Notes: generated from the sequence alone by a model not told the origin. 64,000 nucleotides of DNA from Escherichia coli (GCF_048403405.1 NZ_CP183129.1); one strand, 5' to 3'. Shown: positions 29,174 to 40,750, counted from the first letter of the stretch. Program-made: numbers and translations.

Positions 29174-30763
29174 ATGCAACAACGTCGTCCAGTCCGCCGC
29201 GCTCTGCTCAGTGTTTCTGACAAAGCCGGTATCGTCGAATTCGCCCAGGCACTTTCCGCACGCGGTGTGGAGCTGCTGTCTACAGGGGGCACTGCCCGTC
29301 TGTTAGCAGAAAAAGGTCTGCCGGTAACCGAAGTTTCCGATTACACCGGTTTCCCGGAGATGATGGATGGACGCGTGAAGACCCTGCATCCGAAAGTACA
29401 TGGTGGCATTCTGGGCCGTCGCGGCCAGGACGATGCCATTATGGAAGAACATCAGATCCAGCCTATCGATATGGTGGTTGTTAACCTGTATCCGTTCGCC
29501 CAGACCGTTGCCCGTGAAGGTTGCTCGCTGGAAGATGCGGTTGAGAACATCGATATCGGCGGCCCAACGATGGTGCGCTCCGCCGCCAAGAACCATAAAG
29601 ATGTCGCAATCGTGGTGAAGAGCAGCGACTACGACGCCATTATTAAAGAGATGGATGCCAACGAAGGATCGCTGACGCTTGCAACCCGTTTCGACCTTGC
29701 CATCAAAGCCTTCGAACACACTGCCGCCTACGACAGCATGATTGCCAACTACTTCGGCAGCATGGTTCCGGCTTACCACGGTGAAAGCAAAGAAGCCGCC
29801 GGTCGCTTCCCACGCACGCTGAACCTGAACTTCATTAAGAAGCAGGATATGCGTTACGGCGAGAACAGCCACCAGCAGGCTGCCTTCTATATAGAAGAGA
29901 ATGTGAAAGAAGCCTCCGTTGCTACTGCAACCCAGGTTCAGGGTAAAGCCCTCTCTTATAACAACATCGCCGACACCGATGCGGCGCTGGAGTGCGTGAA
30001 AGAGTTCGCCGAGCCGGCATGTGTGATTGTGAAGCACGCCAACCCTTGCGGCGTGGCTATCGGCAATTCCATTCTTGATGCTTACGATCGCGCGTACAAA
30101 ACCGACCCGACCTCCGCATTCGGCGGCATCATTGCCTTTAACCGCGAGCTGGATGCGGAAACCGCACAGGCCATCATTTCTCGTCAGTTTGTTGAAGTGA
30201 TCATTGCGCCATCCGCCAGCGAAGAAGCCCTGAAAATCACCGCCGCCAAACAGAACGTGCGCGTCCTGACCTGCGGTCAGTGGGGCGAGCGTGTTCCGGG
30301 CCTTGATTTCAAACGCGTGAACGGCGGTCTGCTGGTTCAGGATCGAGACCTGGGGATGGTCGGTGCAGAAGAACTGCGCGTCGTCACCAAACGTCAGCCG
30401 ACCGAACAGGAACTGCGTGATGCGCTGTTCTGCTGGAAAGTGGCGAAGTTCGTGAAATCCAATGCTATCGTCTATGCCAAAAACAATATGACCATCGGGA
30501 TTGGCGCGGGCCAGATGAGCCGCGTGTACTCCGCAAAAATCGCCGGTATTAAAGCTGCCGATGAAGGTCTGGAAGTGAAAGGTTCCTCGATGGCTTCTGA
30601 CGCGTTCTTCCCGTTCCGCGACGGTATTGATGCCGCCGCCGCTGCGGGCGTGACCTGCGTAATCCAGCCTGGCGGTTCTATCCGTGATGACGAAGTGATT
30701 GCCGCCGCCGACGAGCACGGTATTGCAATGCTCTTCACCGACATGCGCCACTTCCGCCATTAA
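29174..30763 (+). CDS. purH: Bifunctional AICAR transformylase / IMP cyclohydrolase
   Basis: 529 aa, [41 protein letters not shown]... Confidence 0.95.
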   Translation: MQQRRPVRRALLSVSDKAGIVEFAQALSARGVELLSTGGTARLLAEKGLPVTEVSDYTGFPEMMDGRVKTLHPKVHGGILGRRGQDDAIMEEHQIQPIDMVVVNLYPFAQTVAREGCSLEDAVENIDIGGPTMVRSAAKNHKDVAIVVKSSDYDAIIKEMDANEGSLTLATRFDLAIKAFEHTAAYDSMIANYFGSMVPAYHGESKEAAGRFPRTLNLNFIKKQDMRYGENSHQQAAFYIEENVKEASVATATQVQGKALSYNNIADTDAALECVKEFAEPACVIVKHANPCGVAIGNSILDAYDRAYKTDPTSAFGGIIAFNRELDAETAQAIISRQFVEVIIAPSASEEALKITAAKQNVRVLTCGQWGERVPGLDFKRVNGGLLVQDRDLGMVGAEELRVVTKRQPTEQELRDALFCWKVAKFVKSNAIVYAKNNMTIGIGAGQMSRVYSAKIAGIKAADEGLEVKGSSMASDAFFPFRDGIDAAAAAGVTCVIQPGGSIRDDEVIAAADEHGIAMLFTDMRHFRH

Positions 30764-30774
30764 TGGAGCAATAG

Positions 30775-32064
30775 ATGAAAGTATTAGTGATTGGTAACGG
30801 CGGGCGCGAGCACGCGCTGGCCTGGAAAGCGGCCCAGTCGCCGCTGGTTGAAACTGTTTTTGTTGCTCCGGGTAACGCAGGCACTGCGCTGGAGCCTGCA
30901 CTGCAAAACGTCGCTATCGGCGTAACCGATATCCCGGCGCTGCTGGATTTCGCGCAAAACGAAAAGATCGATCTAACCATCGTCGGCCCGGAAGCGCCGC
31001 TGGTGAAAGGCGTGGTGGATACCTTCCGCGCCGCCGGGCTGAAAATCTTCGGCCCAACCGCAGGTGCCGCGCAGCTGGAAGGCTCGAAAGCGTTTACCAA
31101 GGATTTCCTGGCCCGCCATCAGATCCCTACGGCGGAATACCAGAACTTCACCGAGGTAGAACCTGCGCTGGCGTATCTGCGTGAGAAAGGCGCGCCGATC
31201 GTCATTAAAGCTGACGGTCTGGCAGCGGGTAAAGGCGTTATCGTCGCGATGACGCTGGAAGAAGCCGAAGCGGCTGTTCACGATATGCTGGCGGGCAACG
31301 CTTTTGGCGATGCGGGTCATCGCATTGTTATCGAAGAGTTCCTCGACGGCGAAGAAGCGAGCTTTATCGTGATGGTGGACGGCGAGCATGTGCTGCCGAT
31401 GGCCACCAGTCAGGACCACAAACGCGTAGGTGATAAAGATACCGGACCGAACACCGGCGGGATGGGGGCTTACTCCCCTGCGCCAGTGGTGACCGATGGG
31501 GTTCATCAGCGCACCATGGAACGTATCATCTGGCCAACCGTGAAAGGTATGGCAGCGGAAGGCAACACCTACACTGGTTTTCTCTACGCGGGCCTGATGA
31601 TCGACAAACAGGGCAATCCGAAGGTTATTGAATTTAACTGCCGCTTTGGCGATCCGGAAACCCAGCCGATTATGCTGCGCATGAAGTCCGATCTGGTTGA
31701 GCTCTGCCTGGCGGCCTGTGAAGGCAAGCTGGACGAGAAAACGTCCGAGTGGGATGAACGCGCTTCTCTCGGCGTGGTGATGGCTGCGGGTGGATATCCG
31801 GGCGATTACCGCACCGGCGATGTGATCCACGGCCTGCCGCTGGAAGAAGTGTCTGACGGCAAAGTGTTCCACGCGGGCACAAAACTGGCGGATGACGAGC
31901 AGGTGGTAACCAGCGGCGGGCGCGTACTGTGCGTCACCGCGCTGGGTCATACCGTGGCAGAAGCGCAGAAACGCGCTTATGCCTTAATGACCGATATCCA
32001 TTGGGACGACTGCTTCTGCCGGAAAGATATCGGCTGGCGCGCTATCGAACGCGAGCAGAACTAA
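30775..32064 (+). CDS. purD: Phosphoribosylamine-glycine ligase (GAR synthetase)
   Basis: 429 aa, MKVLVIGNGGREHALAWKAAQSPLVETVFVAPGNAGTA...; ATP-grasp. Confidence 0.95.
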   Translation: MKVLVIGNGGREHALAWKAAQSPLVETVFVAPGNAGTALEPALQNVAIGVTDIPALLDFAQNEKIDLTIVGPEAPLVKGVVDTFRAAGLKIFGPTAGAAQLEGSKAFTKDFLARHQIPTAEYQNFTEVEPALAYLREKGAPIVIKADGLAAGKGVIVAMTLEEAEAAVHDMLAGNAFGDAGHRIVIEEFLDGEEASFIVMVDGEHVLPMATSQDHKRVGDKDTGPNTGGMGAYSPAPVVTDGVHQRTMERIIWPTVKGMAAEGNTYTGFLYAGLMIDKQGNPKVIEFNCRFGDPETQPIMLRMKSDLVELCLAACEGKLDEKTSEWDERASLGVVMAAGGYPGDYRTGDVIHGLPLEEVSDGKVFHAGTKLADDEQVVTSGGRVLCVTALGHTVAEAQKRAYALMTDIHWDDCFCRKDIGWRAIEREQN

Positions 32065-33386
32065 CGCGACAGTTTTGCCAAGAGCGTTTTGCGCGTGATC
32101 CCTAACTGACGGGCGGCTTCGGTTTTGTTGCCGCCCGTTTTCTCCAGTGCCGCAAGAATCACCTCTTTTTCGACTTCCACCAGCGGCTGAATATCCTGAC
32201 TTTGTACCAGCGGGATCAGCGTACTCGCAATCGCCAGCGGCAGCTCGCGTTCGGAAATATATTCCCCGGTCAGCAGCACCACCGCCCGTTCCACCGCGTT
32301 TTCCAGTTCACGAATATTTCCCGGCCAGTCGTAGTGAATCAGCAGATCCATCGCCTGGGGCGTAAAGCCTTTTACCGCCTTGCGATTACGCTCGGCAAAG
32401 CGCTGAAGAAAATGGTCAGCCAGCAGAGGAATATCTTCCCGCCGCTGACGCAGCGACGGTACTTCAATCGCAACTACGTTCAGGCGATAGTAGAGATCCT
32501 GGCGAAAACGCCCGGCATTCACCTCTGCGGCAAGATCGCGATGGGTCGCGGCAATCAGCCGGACATCAACCGAGATGGTCTGGTTGCTGCCGACACGCTG
32601 AACTTCGCGCTCCTGAATCGCACGCAGCAGACGAACCTGCATCATCGGCGAGATATCGCCAATTTCATCGAGAAACAGCGTGCCGCCGTCCGCCTCAACA
32701 AAGCGCCCTTCCCGCCGTTTGTCGGCTCCGGTAAACGCCCCTTTTTCGTGACCGAACAATTCAGATTCCAGCAAGGATTCGTTGAGTGCCGCACAGTTGA
32801 GCGTTACCAGTGGTTTTTCACTCCGTGCGCTACTGGCGTGAATCGCCCTGGCGACCAGCTCTTTACCGGTGCCGGAATCGCCGTGGATCAGCACCGTGGC
32901 TTCCGATGGCGCGACGAGGGCGATTTCACTGAGCAGGTGTTGCATCGCCGGGCTTTTACCGACCATACCGAACTGGCTGGCAGACACCGCAGGCGTTTCA
33001 GCGTCAACACTGTGCGTATGCGCAAGCGCCTTTTCCAGCGTCGCCTGCAGGTTATCGAAATCCAGCGGCTTGATGAGATAATCCAGCGCCCCGGTTTTCA
33101 ACGCCTCTACCGCCGTCTCGACGCTGGAGTATGCGGTCATAATCAGTACCGGAATCGCCGGATTTAACGCTTTGATCTCTTTGAGCGTGGCGATACCATC
33201 CATCTCCGCCATTCGCACATCGCAAAGCACAAGATCAAAAACCTGTTCCCGCACCTGCTCCAGCGCCTGTCGCCCGCTGTTCGCCAGCACGACGTTATAG
33301 CCCCAGCCGCGCAGCAAAGCCTGCAAAATAGTGCAGTGGCTAATGTCATCATCTACCACCAGAATATCGATATTATCGTGCGTCAT
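32061..33386 (-). CDS. zraR: Sigma-54-dependent response regulator ZraR (HydG)
   Basis: 441 aa: receiver domain (VVDDD...D), AAA+ sigma-54 activator core (GESGTGKE-like, GAFTGA motif), C-terminal HTH. Confidence 0.95.
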   Translation of the reverse strand: MTHDNIDILVVDDDISHCTILQALLRGWGYNVVLANSGRQALEQVREQVFDLVLCDVRMAEMDGIATLKEIKALNPAIPVLIMTAYSSVETAVEALKTGALDYLIKPLDFDNLQATLEKALAHTHSVDAETPAVSASQFGMVGKSPAMQHLLSEIALVAPSEATVLIHGDSGTGKELVARAIHASSARSEKPLVTLNCAALNESLLESELFGHEKGAFTGADKRREGRFVEADGGTLFLDEIGDISPMMQVRLLRAIQEREVQRVGSNQTISVDVRLIAATHRDLAAEVNAGRFRQDLYYRLNVVAIEVPSLRQRREDIPLLADHFLQRFAERNRKAVKGFTPQAMDLLIHYDWPGNIRELENAVERAVVLLTGEYISERELPLAIASTLIPLVQSQDIQPLVEVEKEVILAALEKTGGNKTEAARQLGITRKTLLAKLSR

Positions 33387-34780
33387 CCTTGTGGGTCCTT
33401 ACGCGTAATATTGACCGGAAGCCAGAGGGTGAACGTTGCGCCTTCTCCCTCCTGGCTTGCGACCTGAATTGTACCACCGTGTTGTTCAACAATATTATGC
33501 ACGACCGCCAGCCCCAGTCCGGTACCTTCGGCTTTGGTGGTGAAGTACGGGGTGAAGATGGCTTCAAGCTGATCTGCCGCAATTCCCTTACCGCTATCGG
33601 TAACGCTGATTTTCACGCCCGCGCCGCTTTCGCTGGCCGTCACGCTAATCACGCCATGCTGACCAATCGCCTGAATAGCATTGAGATAGAGATTCAACAG
33701 GACCTGAGTCAGCCTGTCCGGATCGGCCTGAATTTCCGGTAATGTGTCGTTGGCGGTAAAGCGTAACTGGATCTCCCGGCTGTTTGCATCCTGGCTTACC
33801 AGCTGTAATGAGTGGTTAATCAGCGTGTTGAGATCCACCGCCTGCAAAGCCAGATGCGTTGGCTTAACCAGTTCCAGCAACTCGCTTACCACGCGGTTTA
33901 AACGGTCGGCTTCTTTCGCCATCACCTGCGCCAGTTGATGCGCTTCTCCCCCTGCAGGCGCGCGTTCGGCAAAGTATTTCGCCAGCCCTTTAATCGAGGA
34001 AAGTGGGTTACGGATTTCGTGGGCAACGCCTGCCGCCAGATGCCCCAGTGCCACCAGCTTCTCTTTGCGCTTCATTTCATCTTGTAGAAGCTGGCGCGAG
34101 CGCAGATACCGGCGATACCAGAAGAATGACAACACGCTTGCCAGCAAGACCGTCGCCAGGGCGAAGAGGATAATCAGGGTATTGCGCTTTTCCCCACTCT
34201 GGGTTGCAACCAGATCGCTGGCGTCAACGGCGATGAAAATAGCCTGTTGTGCTTCTGCCTGTGGCACAGCTTTGCCGTTACAGCGCGGCATATTGTGCAT
34301 ACCATGCCGCCAGGGCAATGACATTGGCTGGAACAAACGATAGACCTCAAGCGCAGGCGTTTTTTCTGCATCCTCAAGCAGTCTCCAGCGGGAGTTTTCC
34401 TCTGGCTTTAACTGCTGCATTTCATCAGGAGAATAGAGTGCACGCCCGACCATTTCGGGGTTACTGTGAAGAATGATGATGCCCTGCGCATCGGTGACCG
34501 CAAACCACAACACCCCAGGCTGGCCTGCCATCTCTTCCAGAAGCGCCTGTTGCTGCACATGGTGCATTCGCATCCCCATCCCTACGCGGCTTCCTGACTC
34601 CAGAGCGCGAATGAGCACATTACCTTTTTCCAGTAATGCCTGACGGTCAGCCTCACTTGCCCGCCCATAATCACGAATCACCGTTACCGCAAACAATCCC
34701 ACCAGCCCAACAATGACCACGGGGAGGATCGCGCTTAACCATTTAGCTAAGGAGTCTTTAGAACGTTGCATAAAACGCAT
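33383..34780 (-). CDS. zraS: Sensor histidine kinase ZraS (HydH)
   Basis: 465 aa with two TM segments, H-box (AHEIRNPLSSI) and ATPase G-boxes; stop overlaps zraR start by 4 bp. Confidence 0.9.
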   Translation of the reverse strand: MRFMQRSKDSLAKWLSAILPVVIVGLVGLFAVTVIRDYGRASEADRQALLEKGNVLIRALESGSRVGMGMRMHHVQQQALLEEMAGQPGVLWFAVTDAQGIIILHSNPEMVGRALYSPDEMQQLKPEENSRWRLLEDAEKTPALEVYRLFQPMSLPWRHGMHNMPRCNGKAVPQAEAQQAIFIAVDASDLVATQSGEKRNTLIILFALATVLLASVLSFFWYRRYLRSRQLLQDEMKRKEKLVALGHLAAGVAHEIRNPLSSIKGLAKYFAERAPAGGEAHQLAQVMAKEADRLNRVVSELLELVKPTHLALQAVDLNTLINHSLQLVSQDANSREIQLRFTANDTLPEIQADPDRLTQVLLNLYLNAIQAIGQHGVISVTASESGAGVKISVTDSGKGIAADQLEAIFTPYFTTKAEGTGLGLAVVHNIVEQHGGTIQVASQEGEGATFTLWLPVNITRKDPQG

Positions 34781-34812
34781 CTTCTTCTTTGCCTGCTCAT
34801 CCCTTTCTGACA

Positions 34813-34982
34813 GCAGAAATCATGCCATCTTTTATCAGCGCTTACCCTGCGCTGTAACACAAAGACTTAAGTTTCAATGAGTAAAAATGACTCGCTACCC
34901 ACAACAGGCGAGTCATTTTTACTCGTTTATCATGCCAGATTACCCGTCATATCAGCGTTTCGTTGTTGGCACGAAAGATGCA
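34813..34982. promoter_or_regulatory. Divergent zraS/zraP sigma-54 promoters with paired ZraR binding sites
   Basis: zraP -24/-12 element TGGCACGAAAGATGCA (34967-34982, +); candidate zraS element TGGCATGATTTCTGC on minus (34813-34827); inverted 18-bp sites TGAGTAAAAATGACTCGC (34878-34895) and GCGAGTCATTTTTACTCG (34908-34925). Confidence 0.7.
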
Positions 34983-35017
34983 ATACCCAAAGTAAGACAA
35001 CCACTGGAGGATTAACC

Positions 35018-35443
35018 ATGAAACGGAACACGAAAATTGCCCTGGTGATGATGGCGCTTTCAGCAATGGCGATGGGATCGACATCTGCATTTGCTCACGG
35101 CGGACACGGGATGTGGCAACAAAATGCCGCGCCCTTGACCAGCGAACAACAAACAGCGTGGCAGAAAATCCATAATGACTTTTACGCTCAAAGCAGCGCA
35201 CTGCAACAGCAACTGGTGACGAAGCGTTATGAATACAATGCCCTGTTAGCCGCGAACCCACCGGATAGCAGCAAAATTAACGCGGTCGCCAAAGAGATGG
35301 AGAATTTGCGTCAGTCGTTAGATGAGTTACGGGTGAAACGGGATATTGCGATGGCTGAAGCGGGTATTCCGCGCGGAGCCGGAATGGGCATGGGCTACGG
35401 CGGCTGCAGTGGTGGCGGTCATATGGGTATGGGCCACTGGTAA
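35018..35443 (+). CDS. zraP: Zinc-resistance-associated periplasmic protein ZraP
   Basis: 141 aa from ATG 35018 (MKRNTKIALVMMALSAMAMGSTSAFAHGGHGMWQQ...) after GGAGG RBS; signal peptide, Gly/Met/His-rich C-terminus. Track ORF extends 47 codons upstream across the promoter. Confidence 0.9.
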   Translation: MKRNTKIALVMMALSAMAMGSTSAFAHGGHGMWQQNAAPLTSEQQTAWQKIHNDFYAQSSALQQQLVTKRYEYNALLAANPPDSSKINAVAKEMENLRQSLDELRVKRDIAMAEAGIPRGAGMGMGYGGCSGGGHMGMGHW

Positions 35444-35444
35444 A

Positions 35445-36146
35445 TCAGAACGTTTTCTCGTTGGGTTGCCAGCGACAGAAATCAGAGTTTGCCACTAACA
35501 GTAATTGCGATCCTTCGGGCGCTTCCAGCCATGCCACGCTGACATCAACAGAAGAGCGGCTCTGGCGGCGCTCGATATGCGCTATCGCCTGCGAATCTAA
35601 ATCAGGTTTAATGGTTTGCCCTTCGCAGGTGGTCACGGTCTGTTCCATCGCATGCCAGCGCCCCTGGCGCAGCACGACTCTCCCCTGACGTAAGGCATCG
35701 CTAATCTGGCGGATCTGATCAGCACGATAACGGTATAAATCGATTTGGTCGTTAGAAAGCTGCTGCTTTTCCCCATCGGATTCACGTTGCATAAAGCTCA
35801 GATCGCCGCGATCGTCAAAACGCGCGCGAATGTTCACCGGCGGTTTGCTGTAAACATTGATATTGATGAGCGTGAGGTTATCGCCCTGCCAGCGATACTC
35901 TCGCGTTGTGGTATCGCCACTGCGCCACGGGCTAAACACGGCAAGCAGATGCACATTATCGCCGCTGTCTTTTCGCCAGATGCGTACCGCGCCCTGGTCT
36001 TCAGCAAATCCACTGGCGGTAAAGGGAGGAAGTGAAGAGTTGTGACTACAGGCAGTGAGAAACAGAGCGCCTGCCAGCATCAATGATCGACGCCAGAAAG
36101 ACAAAAGGGGTGAAACCACCCCTTCGTTAAAACTGTTCACTGCCAC
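35445..36146 (-). CDS. yjaH: DUF1481-family putative lipoprotein
   Basis: 233-aa ORF with lipobox-like LFLTAC; exact start uncertain (possible GTG two codons downstream). Confidence 0.8.
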   Translation of the reverse strand: MAVNSFNEGVVSPLLSFWRRSLMLAGALFLTACSHNSSLPPFTASGFAEDQGAVRIWRKDSGDNVHLLAVFSPWRSGDTTTREYRWQGDNLTLININVYSKPPVNIRARFDDRGDLSFMQRESDGEKQQLSNDQIDLYRYRADQIRQISDALRQGRVVLRQGRWHAMEQTVTTCEGQTIKPDLDSQAIAHIERRQSRSSVDVSVAWLEAPEGSQLLLVANSDFCRWQPNEKTF

Positions 36147-36152
36147 GCAATC

Positions 36153-36425
36153 TTACTTAACTGCGTCTTTCAGTGCCTTGCCAGAAACAAATGCCGGTAC
36201 GTTAGCTGCGGCAATTTTGATTTCTTTACCGGTCTGCGGGTTGCGGCCAGTACGCTCAGCGCGGTGGTTCACTTTGAAGGTACCGAAACCAACCAGTTGT
36301 ACAGCATCGCCTTCTTTCAGAGACTCAGTAATTGCAGCCAGAGTGGACTCCAGAGCAGCTTTAGCCTGGGTTTTGGACAGTTCTGCTTTCTCTGCAATTA
36401 CATCAATCAGTTGAGTCTTGTTCAT
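36153..36425 (-). CDS. hupA: DNA-binding protein HU-alpha
   Basis: 90 aa, [90 protein letters not shown]. Confidence 0.97.
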
Positions 36426-36611
36426 AAGTTATCCTTACAATGTGTTTATCGCTTGCTAAGCATCGAGTGCGACGGAAATGCCAGAATAGCACTCTCCTGC
36501 ATACACGCACCGATAGCCACTTTTTTTCGCCCCCCAAATGTAGACCAGACGGGGGGCGAAAGGGAAGACTCCAGGTACGACAAATCAGGCGTTAAATCAC
36601 GTTTTCTGGTC

Positions 36612-37202
36612 TTATTGCTGAAAAATTATACCAATATTGCTCTCACCCGCCTCACGCAGGTCTGCCCTAAGGCCTTTTATCAGCTCGATATCGCGTTCTT
36701 CGCACTCAGCTAAAAGTCGGAATATTTCCCACTGAATGTCCCATTCTTGCTCTACAGCTGGGTTTTCTTTGAGCTCTTCATCGCTCATTTCGCGACCAGC
36801 CTGAGTCATTTCCAGCATCGCAACGGTCGTGATGGAGGTCTTACTCACTTCCACCGCGTGTTCGAGCGTTTCACCACTCAAACGCGAATGGACCAGTTCA
36901 CTTAACGCCACGCAGGCATCGATTGCCGGATAAACGCCGTACAGATCGAAATCGTCGGCTGAAGGAATCGCTTCTTCAAATTTCTCCAGTTGGCTGTCGA
37001 AATTTACTTTTGCGTCTTTGACGGTCAGCGTTTCCCAGATGAGATCGAGAATACGGCGGTAAATTTGCCCATCACCAAAACCAGTTTGCTGACAGAATAC
37101 GGCGTAATTGGGGTACATGCGTTCGCATAAGCAGGCCATAAAAGTGACGTGCTGCCAGCTTTCCAGGCGCTCCAGACGCAGATGAATTGGGTTTTGTAAC
37201 AT
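36612..37202 (-). CDS. yjaG: DUF416-family protein YjaG
   Basis: 196 aa, MLQNPIHLRLERLESWQHVTFMACLCERMYPNYAVF... Confidence 0.85.
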   Translation of the reverse strand: MLQNPIHLRLERLESWQHVTFMACLCERMYPNYAVFCQQTGFGDGQIYRRILDLIWETLTVKDAKVNFDSQLEKFEEAIPSADDFDLYGVYPAIDACVALSELVHSRLSGETLEHAVEVSKTSITTVAMLEMTQAGREMSDEELKENPAVEQEWDIQWEIFRLLAECEERDIELIKGLRADLREAGESNIGIIFQQ

Positions 37203-37244
37203 GTTGAGTTCTCAAATACGGAAATTATCCGCAGTTTACCTGAA

Positions 37245-37916
37245 TTAGGGCTGATTTGCTGTATAGCGCACGAACGCCGGACGTTCCGAGGCCACCGCGT
37301 CCGCCCAGCGCGTTGGCTCCGGCAGACGATAGCCTTTCATGCAGCGTTGTACCCACGCCAGCGCGCTGTCCACGCTGACCCGATGACCGGTAGCGATAAA
37401 CAACGGGTTACAGCGCGCTTTGCTGCGCCAGACCCAGGCCAGCTGCTCGCCTTTATCCATCAGTGGGGCCAGCGCGCCCGGTTCGCTGGAGAGCGGTTCG
37501 AATTTACCGCAGAGCCGTTTTTTCGCCACGCCAATGGTCGGCACATCCACCAGCAAACCGAAGTGGCTGGCGACACCAAGACGGCGAGGATGCGAGATCC
37601 CGTGACCATCGACAAACACTAAATCCGGCTTTTGCGACAGCATCTCCCACGCTGCCAGCAGCGCAGGATATTCGCGGAAGGAGAGAAAACCTGGAATGTA
37701 AGGCATGGTGGTGGCGATGCGGGCCACTTTATACTCCACCAGCTCAAGCAAGGGGTATTTCAGCAGCACCATCGCCGCTCGCGTCACTTCTCCGCCCTGC
37801 TCAAACCCGACATCGGCTCCGGCGATCAGATCCGGCGGATCTTTATCGAGTCGATCCTCGCGGATCACAGAAGAAGCCAGTTCAATTTGTTGAGCGCGTA
37901 ATGACGCGAGATCCAT
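37245..37916 (-). CDS. nfi: Endonuclease V (deoxyinosine 3' endonuclease)
   Basis: 223 aa, [42 protein letters not shown]... Confidence 0.92.
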   Translation of the reverse strand: MDLASLRAQQIELASSVIREDRLDKDPPDLIAGADVGFEQGGEVTRAAMVLLKYPLLELVEYKVARIATTMPYIPGFLSFREYPALLAAWEMLSQKPDLVFVDGHGISHPRRLGVASHFGLLVDVPTIGVAKKRLCGKFEPLSSEPGALAPLMDKGEQLAWVWRSKARCNPLFIATGHRVSVDSALAWVQRCMKGYRLPEPTRWADAVASERPAFVRYTANQP

Positions 37917-38072
37917 AATCGCTCCTTAGAGCCTGGTCCACCAGGCGTAATTGTTGAAGGCAGTTTGAGGCCGGACAGCGCGGAAAAACCGGAGCGTACA
38001 CGTAGTACGTGAGGATTTTGAGCACTGCCCGGCCTCAAAATGGCAAATAAAATAGCCTGATGGACCAGGCTC
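37917..38072. repeat. About 150-bp nested palindromic intergenic element between nfi and hemE (unclassified, MITE/RSA/ERIC-like)
   Basis: Terminal inverted repeats AGAGCCTGGTCCACCAGGC / GCCTGATGGACCAGGCTCT, inner inverted repeat TTTGAGGCCGG / CCGGCCTCAAA, central palindrome CACGTAGTACGTG; fills the whole nfi-hemE gap. Confidence 0.55.
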
Positions 38073-39137
38073 TTAGCGGTGATACTGTTCAGATAACCGA
38101 TGCACTGCCTCCACAAACACGCCAGCATGTTCTGGCGGCACATCCTGATGAATGCCGTGACCAAGGTTAAAGACATGACCTTCACCGTGACCGAAACCTG
38201 CAAGTATAGTCGCTACTTCTTCTTCAATGCGGGCTGGCGGCGCGTACAGCATCGACGGATCCATATTGCCCTGCAACGCGACTTTATTGCCCACGCGGCG
38301 GCGCGCATCGGCGATGTCCGTTGTCCAGTCGAGGCCCAGCGCATCGCAACCGGTTTCTGCCATCGCTTCCAGCCACTGTCCGCCGCCTTTGGTAAACAGC
38401 GTGACCGGTACGCGGCGACCGTCGTTTTCACGCAGTAAACCATCAACAATTTTATGCATGTAATAAAGCGAGAACTGTTGATAATCGCGCCCGGTAAGCA
38501 CGCCGCCCCAGGTGTCGAAAATCATCACAGCCTGAGCACCGGCTTTAATCTGCGCATTCAGATACAAAGTGACGCTTTTCGCCAGTTTATCGAGTAGCGC
38601 GTGCAGCGCCTGCGGATCGGCATACATCATTTTTTTGATCACGGTGAACGCTTTGCTGCTGCCGCCTTCCACCATGTAGGTCGCCAGCGTCCACGGGCTG
38701 CCGGAAAAACCAATCAGCGGCACTTCGCCTTTCAGTTCGCGACGAATGGTACGCACCGCGTTCATCACGTACCCCAGTTCATCTTCCGGGTCCGGAATTG
38801 GCAGTTTATCGACGTCAGCTTTGCAGGTGACTGGCGAGGTAAAACGCGGACCTTCTCCGGCTTCAAAATAGAGCCCTAACCCCATCGCGTCCGGCACGGT
38901 GAGGATATCGGAAAAGAGGATCGCCGCATCCAGCGGGTAGCGGCGCAGCGGTTGCAAAGTCACTTCGCACGCCAGCTCGGCGTTTTTGCACAGCGACATA
39001 AAATCGCCCGCCTGGGCGCGCGTGGCTTTATATTCCGGTAGATAGCGACCCGCCTGGCGCATCATCCATACTGGAGTGACATCAACGGGCTGGCGCAGCA
39101 GCGCCCGCAGATAACGATCGTTTTTAAGTTCGGTCAT
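38073..39137 (-). CDS. hemE: Uroporphyrinogen decarboxylase
   Basis: 354 aa, [50 protein letters not shown]... Confidence 0.95.
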   Translation of the reverse strand: MTELKNDRYLRALLRQPVDVTPVWMMRQAGRYLPEYKATRAQAGDFMSLCKNAELACEVTLQPLRRYPLDAAILFSDILTVPDAMGLGLYFEAGEGPRFTSPVTCKADVDKLPIPDPEDELGYVMNAVRTIRRELKGEVPLIGFSGSPWTLATYMVEGGSSKAFTVIKKMMYADPQALHALLDKLAKSVTLYLNAQIKAGAQAVMIFDTWGGVLTGRDYQQFSLYYMHKIVDGLLRENDGRRVPVTLFTKGGGQWLEAMAETGCDALGLDWTTDIADARRRVGNKVALQGNMDPSMLYAPPARIEEEVATILAGFGHGEGHVFNLGHGIHQDVPPEHAGVFVEAVHRLSEQYHR

Positions 39138-39176
39138 TTTGGCTGTTCCTTAGTGCGTCAGGCGGTCAGTGTATCA

Positions 39177-39950
39177 TCACTCATACTCTGCCCGACACAT
39201 CGCCACCGTATCTTCTATCAGACGGCGCGCTACGGTGCCGGGCGGCGGGAGTAACGGCAAATCGTCATAGCGATACCAGTTCGCCTCGAGCAATTCTTTC
39301 GGGTCGATCACGATGTCGCCGCTGTCGTATTCCGCCATAAACGCGGTCATTAAAGACTGAGGAAACGGCCACGGCTGGGAAGTCACATAACGCAAGTTTT
39401 TAACTTTAATTCCGCTCTCTTCCATCACTTCCCGCGCGACCGCCTGCTCGAGGGTTTCGCCCACTTCGACGAATCCGGCAAGTACCGTATGGACACCGTT
39501 ACGATGGCGGGTATGCCGGGCAAGGAGGATCGAATCATCGCGACGGATGGCAACAATAATGCAGGGGGCGATTTGCGGATAGTAACGCTCACGGCAATGG
39601 CTGCACAGCATCGCCCATTCGGTTTTGCTCGGATACATTTCATGCCCGCAGTAACCACAGTATTTATGCGATCGGTAAAACTCCGCCAGTTGTACGCCTC
39701 GTCCGGCCAGTTGAAACAGCCCAACATCGAGATCAATGACCTGACGTACCGACCCCATATCGTGACGCCGCTGCTGTTGTACTAACCAAACAGGTTCCCC
39801 CTGCCATTCGCCGATTTGTAGTGCGCGCTGACCCACAAGATCGAAATTTGCCGCTTCGCCATATGGCAATTCTCCCTTCGGCAACCATAATTTTTGTTCA
39901 TGGCTGACGACCCACCAGCCGTGATCTAATTTTTCAATTATACGATCCAT
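39177..39950 (-). CDS. nudC: NADH pyrophosphatase (Nudix hydrolase)
   Basis: 257 aa with zinc-ribbon CGYCGH...CSHC and Nudix box ([23 protein letters not shown]). Confidence 0.92.
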   Translation of the reverse strand: MDRIIEKLDHGWWVVSHEQKLWLPKGELPYGEAANFDLVGQRALQIGEWQGEPVWLVQQQRRHDMGSVRQVIDLDVGLFQLAGRGVQLAEFYRSHKYCGYCGHEMYPSKTEWAMLCSHCRERYYPQIAPCIIVAIRRDDSILLARHTRHRNGVHTVLAGFVEVGETLEQAVAREVMEESGIKVKNLRYVTSQPWPFPQSLMTAFMAEYDSGDIVIDPKELLEANWYRYDDLPLLPPPGTVARRLIEDTVAMCRAEYE

Positions 39951-40044
39951 AGCTCTTGCACTACCTTTGCATCACTGGCATGTTTAACATGGTTTTTACA
40001 TTTCTCACTGAGCAGTTTTTGAATACAAACTTGCGGAGTCAATC

Positions 40045-40521
40045 ATGCTTAACCAGCTCGATAACCTGACGGAACGCGTCAGAGGAAGTAACAAACTGGT
40101 TGATCGCTGGCTACATGTACGTAAGCATCTGCTCGTGGCTTACTACAATCTGGTTGGCATTAAGCCTGGCAAAGAATCGTACATGAGGCTAAACGAAAAA
40201 GCCCTTGATGATTTTTGTCAGAGCCTGGTCGATTACTTGTCTGCCGGGCATTTCAGTATTTATGAGCGCATTCTTCATAAGCTGGAAGGCAACGGGCAAC
40301 TCGCGCGCGCCGCGAAGATTTGGCCGCAACTTGAAGCCAATACTCAACAGATTATGGATTACTACGATTCCAGCCTGGAAACCGCCATCGATCATGATAA
40401 TTACCTTGAGTTTCAACAGGTTTTATCTGACATCGGCGAGGCGTTGGAAGCACGCTTCGTGCTGGAAGATAAGTTGATTCTGCTGGTACTTGACGCCGCC
40501 CGCGTCAAACATCCTGCTTGA
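40045..40521 (+). CDS. rsd: Regulator of sigma D (anti-sigma-70 factor Rsd)
   Basis: 158 aa, MLNQLDNLTERVRGSNKLVDRWLHVRKHLLVAYYNLVGIKPGKESY... Confidence 0.92.
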   Translation: MLNQLDNLTERVRGSNKLVDRWLHVRKHLLVAYYNLVGIKPGKESYMRLNEKALDDFCQSLVDYLSAGHFSIYERILHKLEGNGQLARAAKIWPQLEANTQQIMDYYDSSLETAIDHDNYLEFQQVLSDIGEALEARFVLEDKLILLVLDAARVKHPA

Positions 40522-40559
40522 GTTCTGCGCTGTTAACGCGTAATTTACATTCAACGCCC

Positions 40560-40745
40560 CGTTTGTGGGGCTAATTTCTTGTCGGAGTGCCTTAACTGGC
40601 TGAGACCGTTTATTCGGGATCCGCGGAACCTGATCAGGCTAATACCTGCGAAGGGAACAAGAGTTAATCTGCTATCGCATCGCCTTTGCGGCGATCGTCT
40701 CTTGCTTCATCCGTCGTCTGACAAGCCACGTCCTTAACTTTTTGG
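40560..40745 (+). promoter_or_regulatory. TPP riboswitch (thi-box) leader of the thiCEFSGH operon
   Basis: Aptamer at 40578-40661 contains the thi-box core CTGAGA...ACCTGATCAGGCTAATACCTGCGAAGGGAACAAG; expression platform runs to the thiC RBS. Confidence 0.85.
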
Positions 40746-40750
40746 AATGA

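Noticed and set aside
29303-31950. Minus-strand ORFs of 532 and 325 aa antisense to purH and purD
   Set aside because: Antisense to well-supported genes, with Gly/Arg/His-rich repetitive translations typical of GC-skewed reverse frames; no independent signal.
34877-35017. Upstream part of track ORF 34877-35443 as a longer ZraP isoform
   Set aside because: This stretch carries the sigma-54 promoter and ZraR binding sites; the ATG at 35018 has a GGAGG RBS and starts a typical signal peptide.
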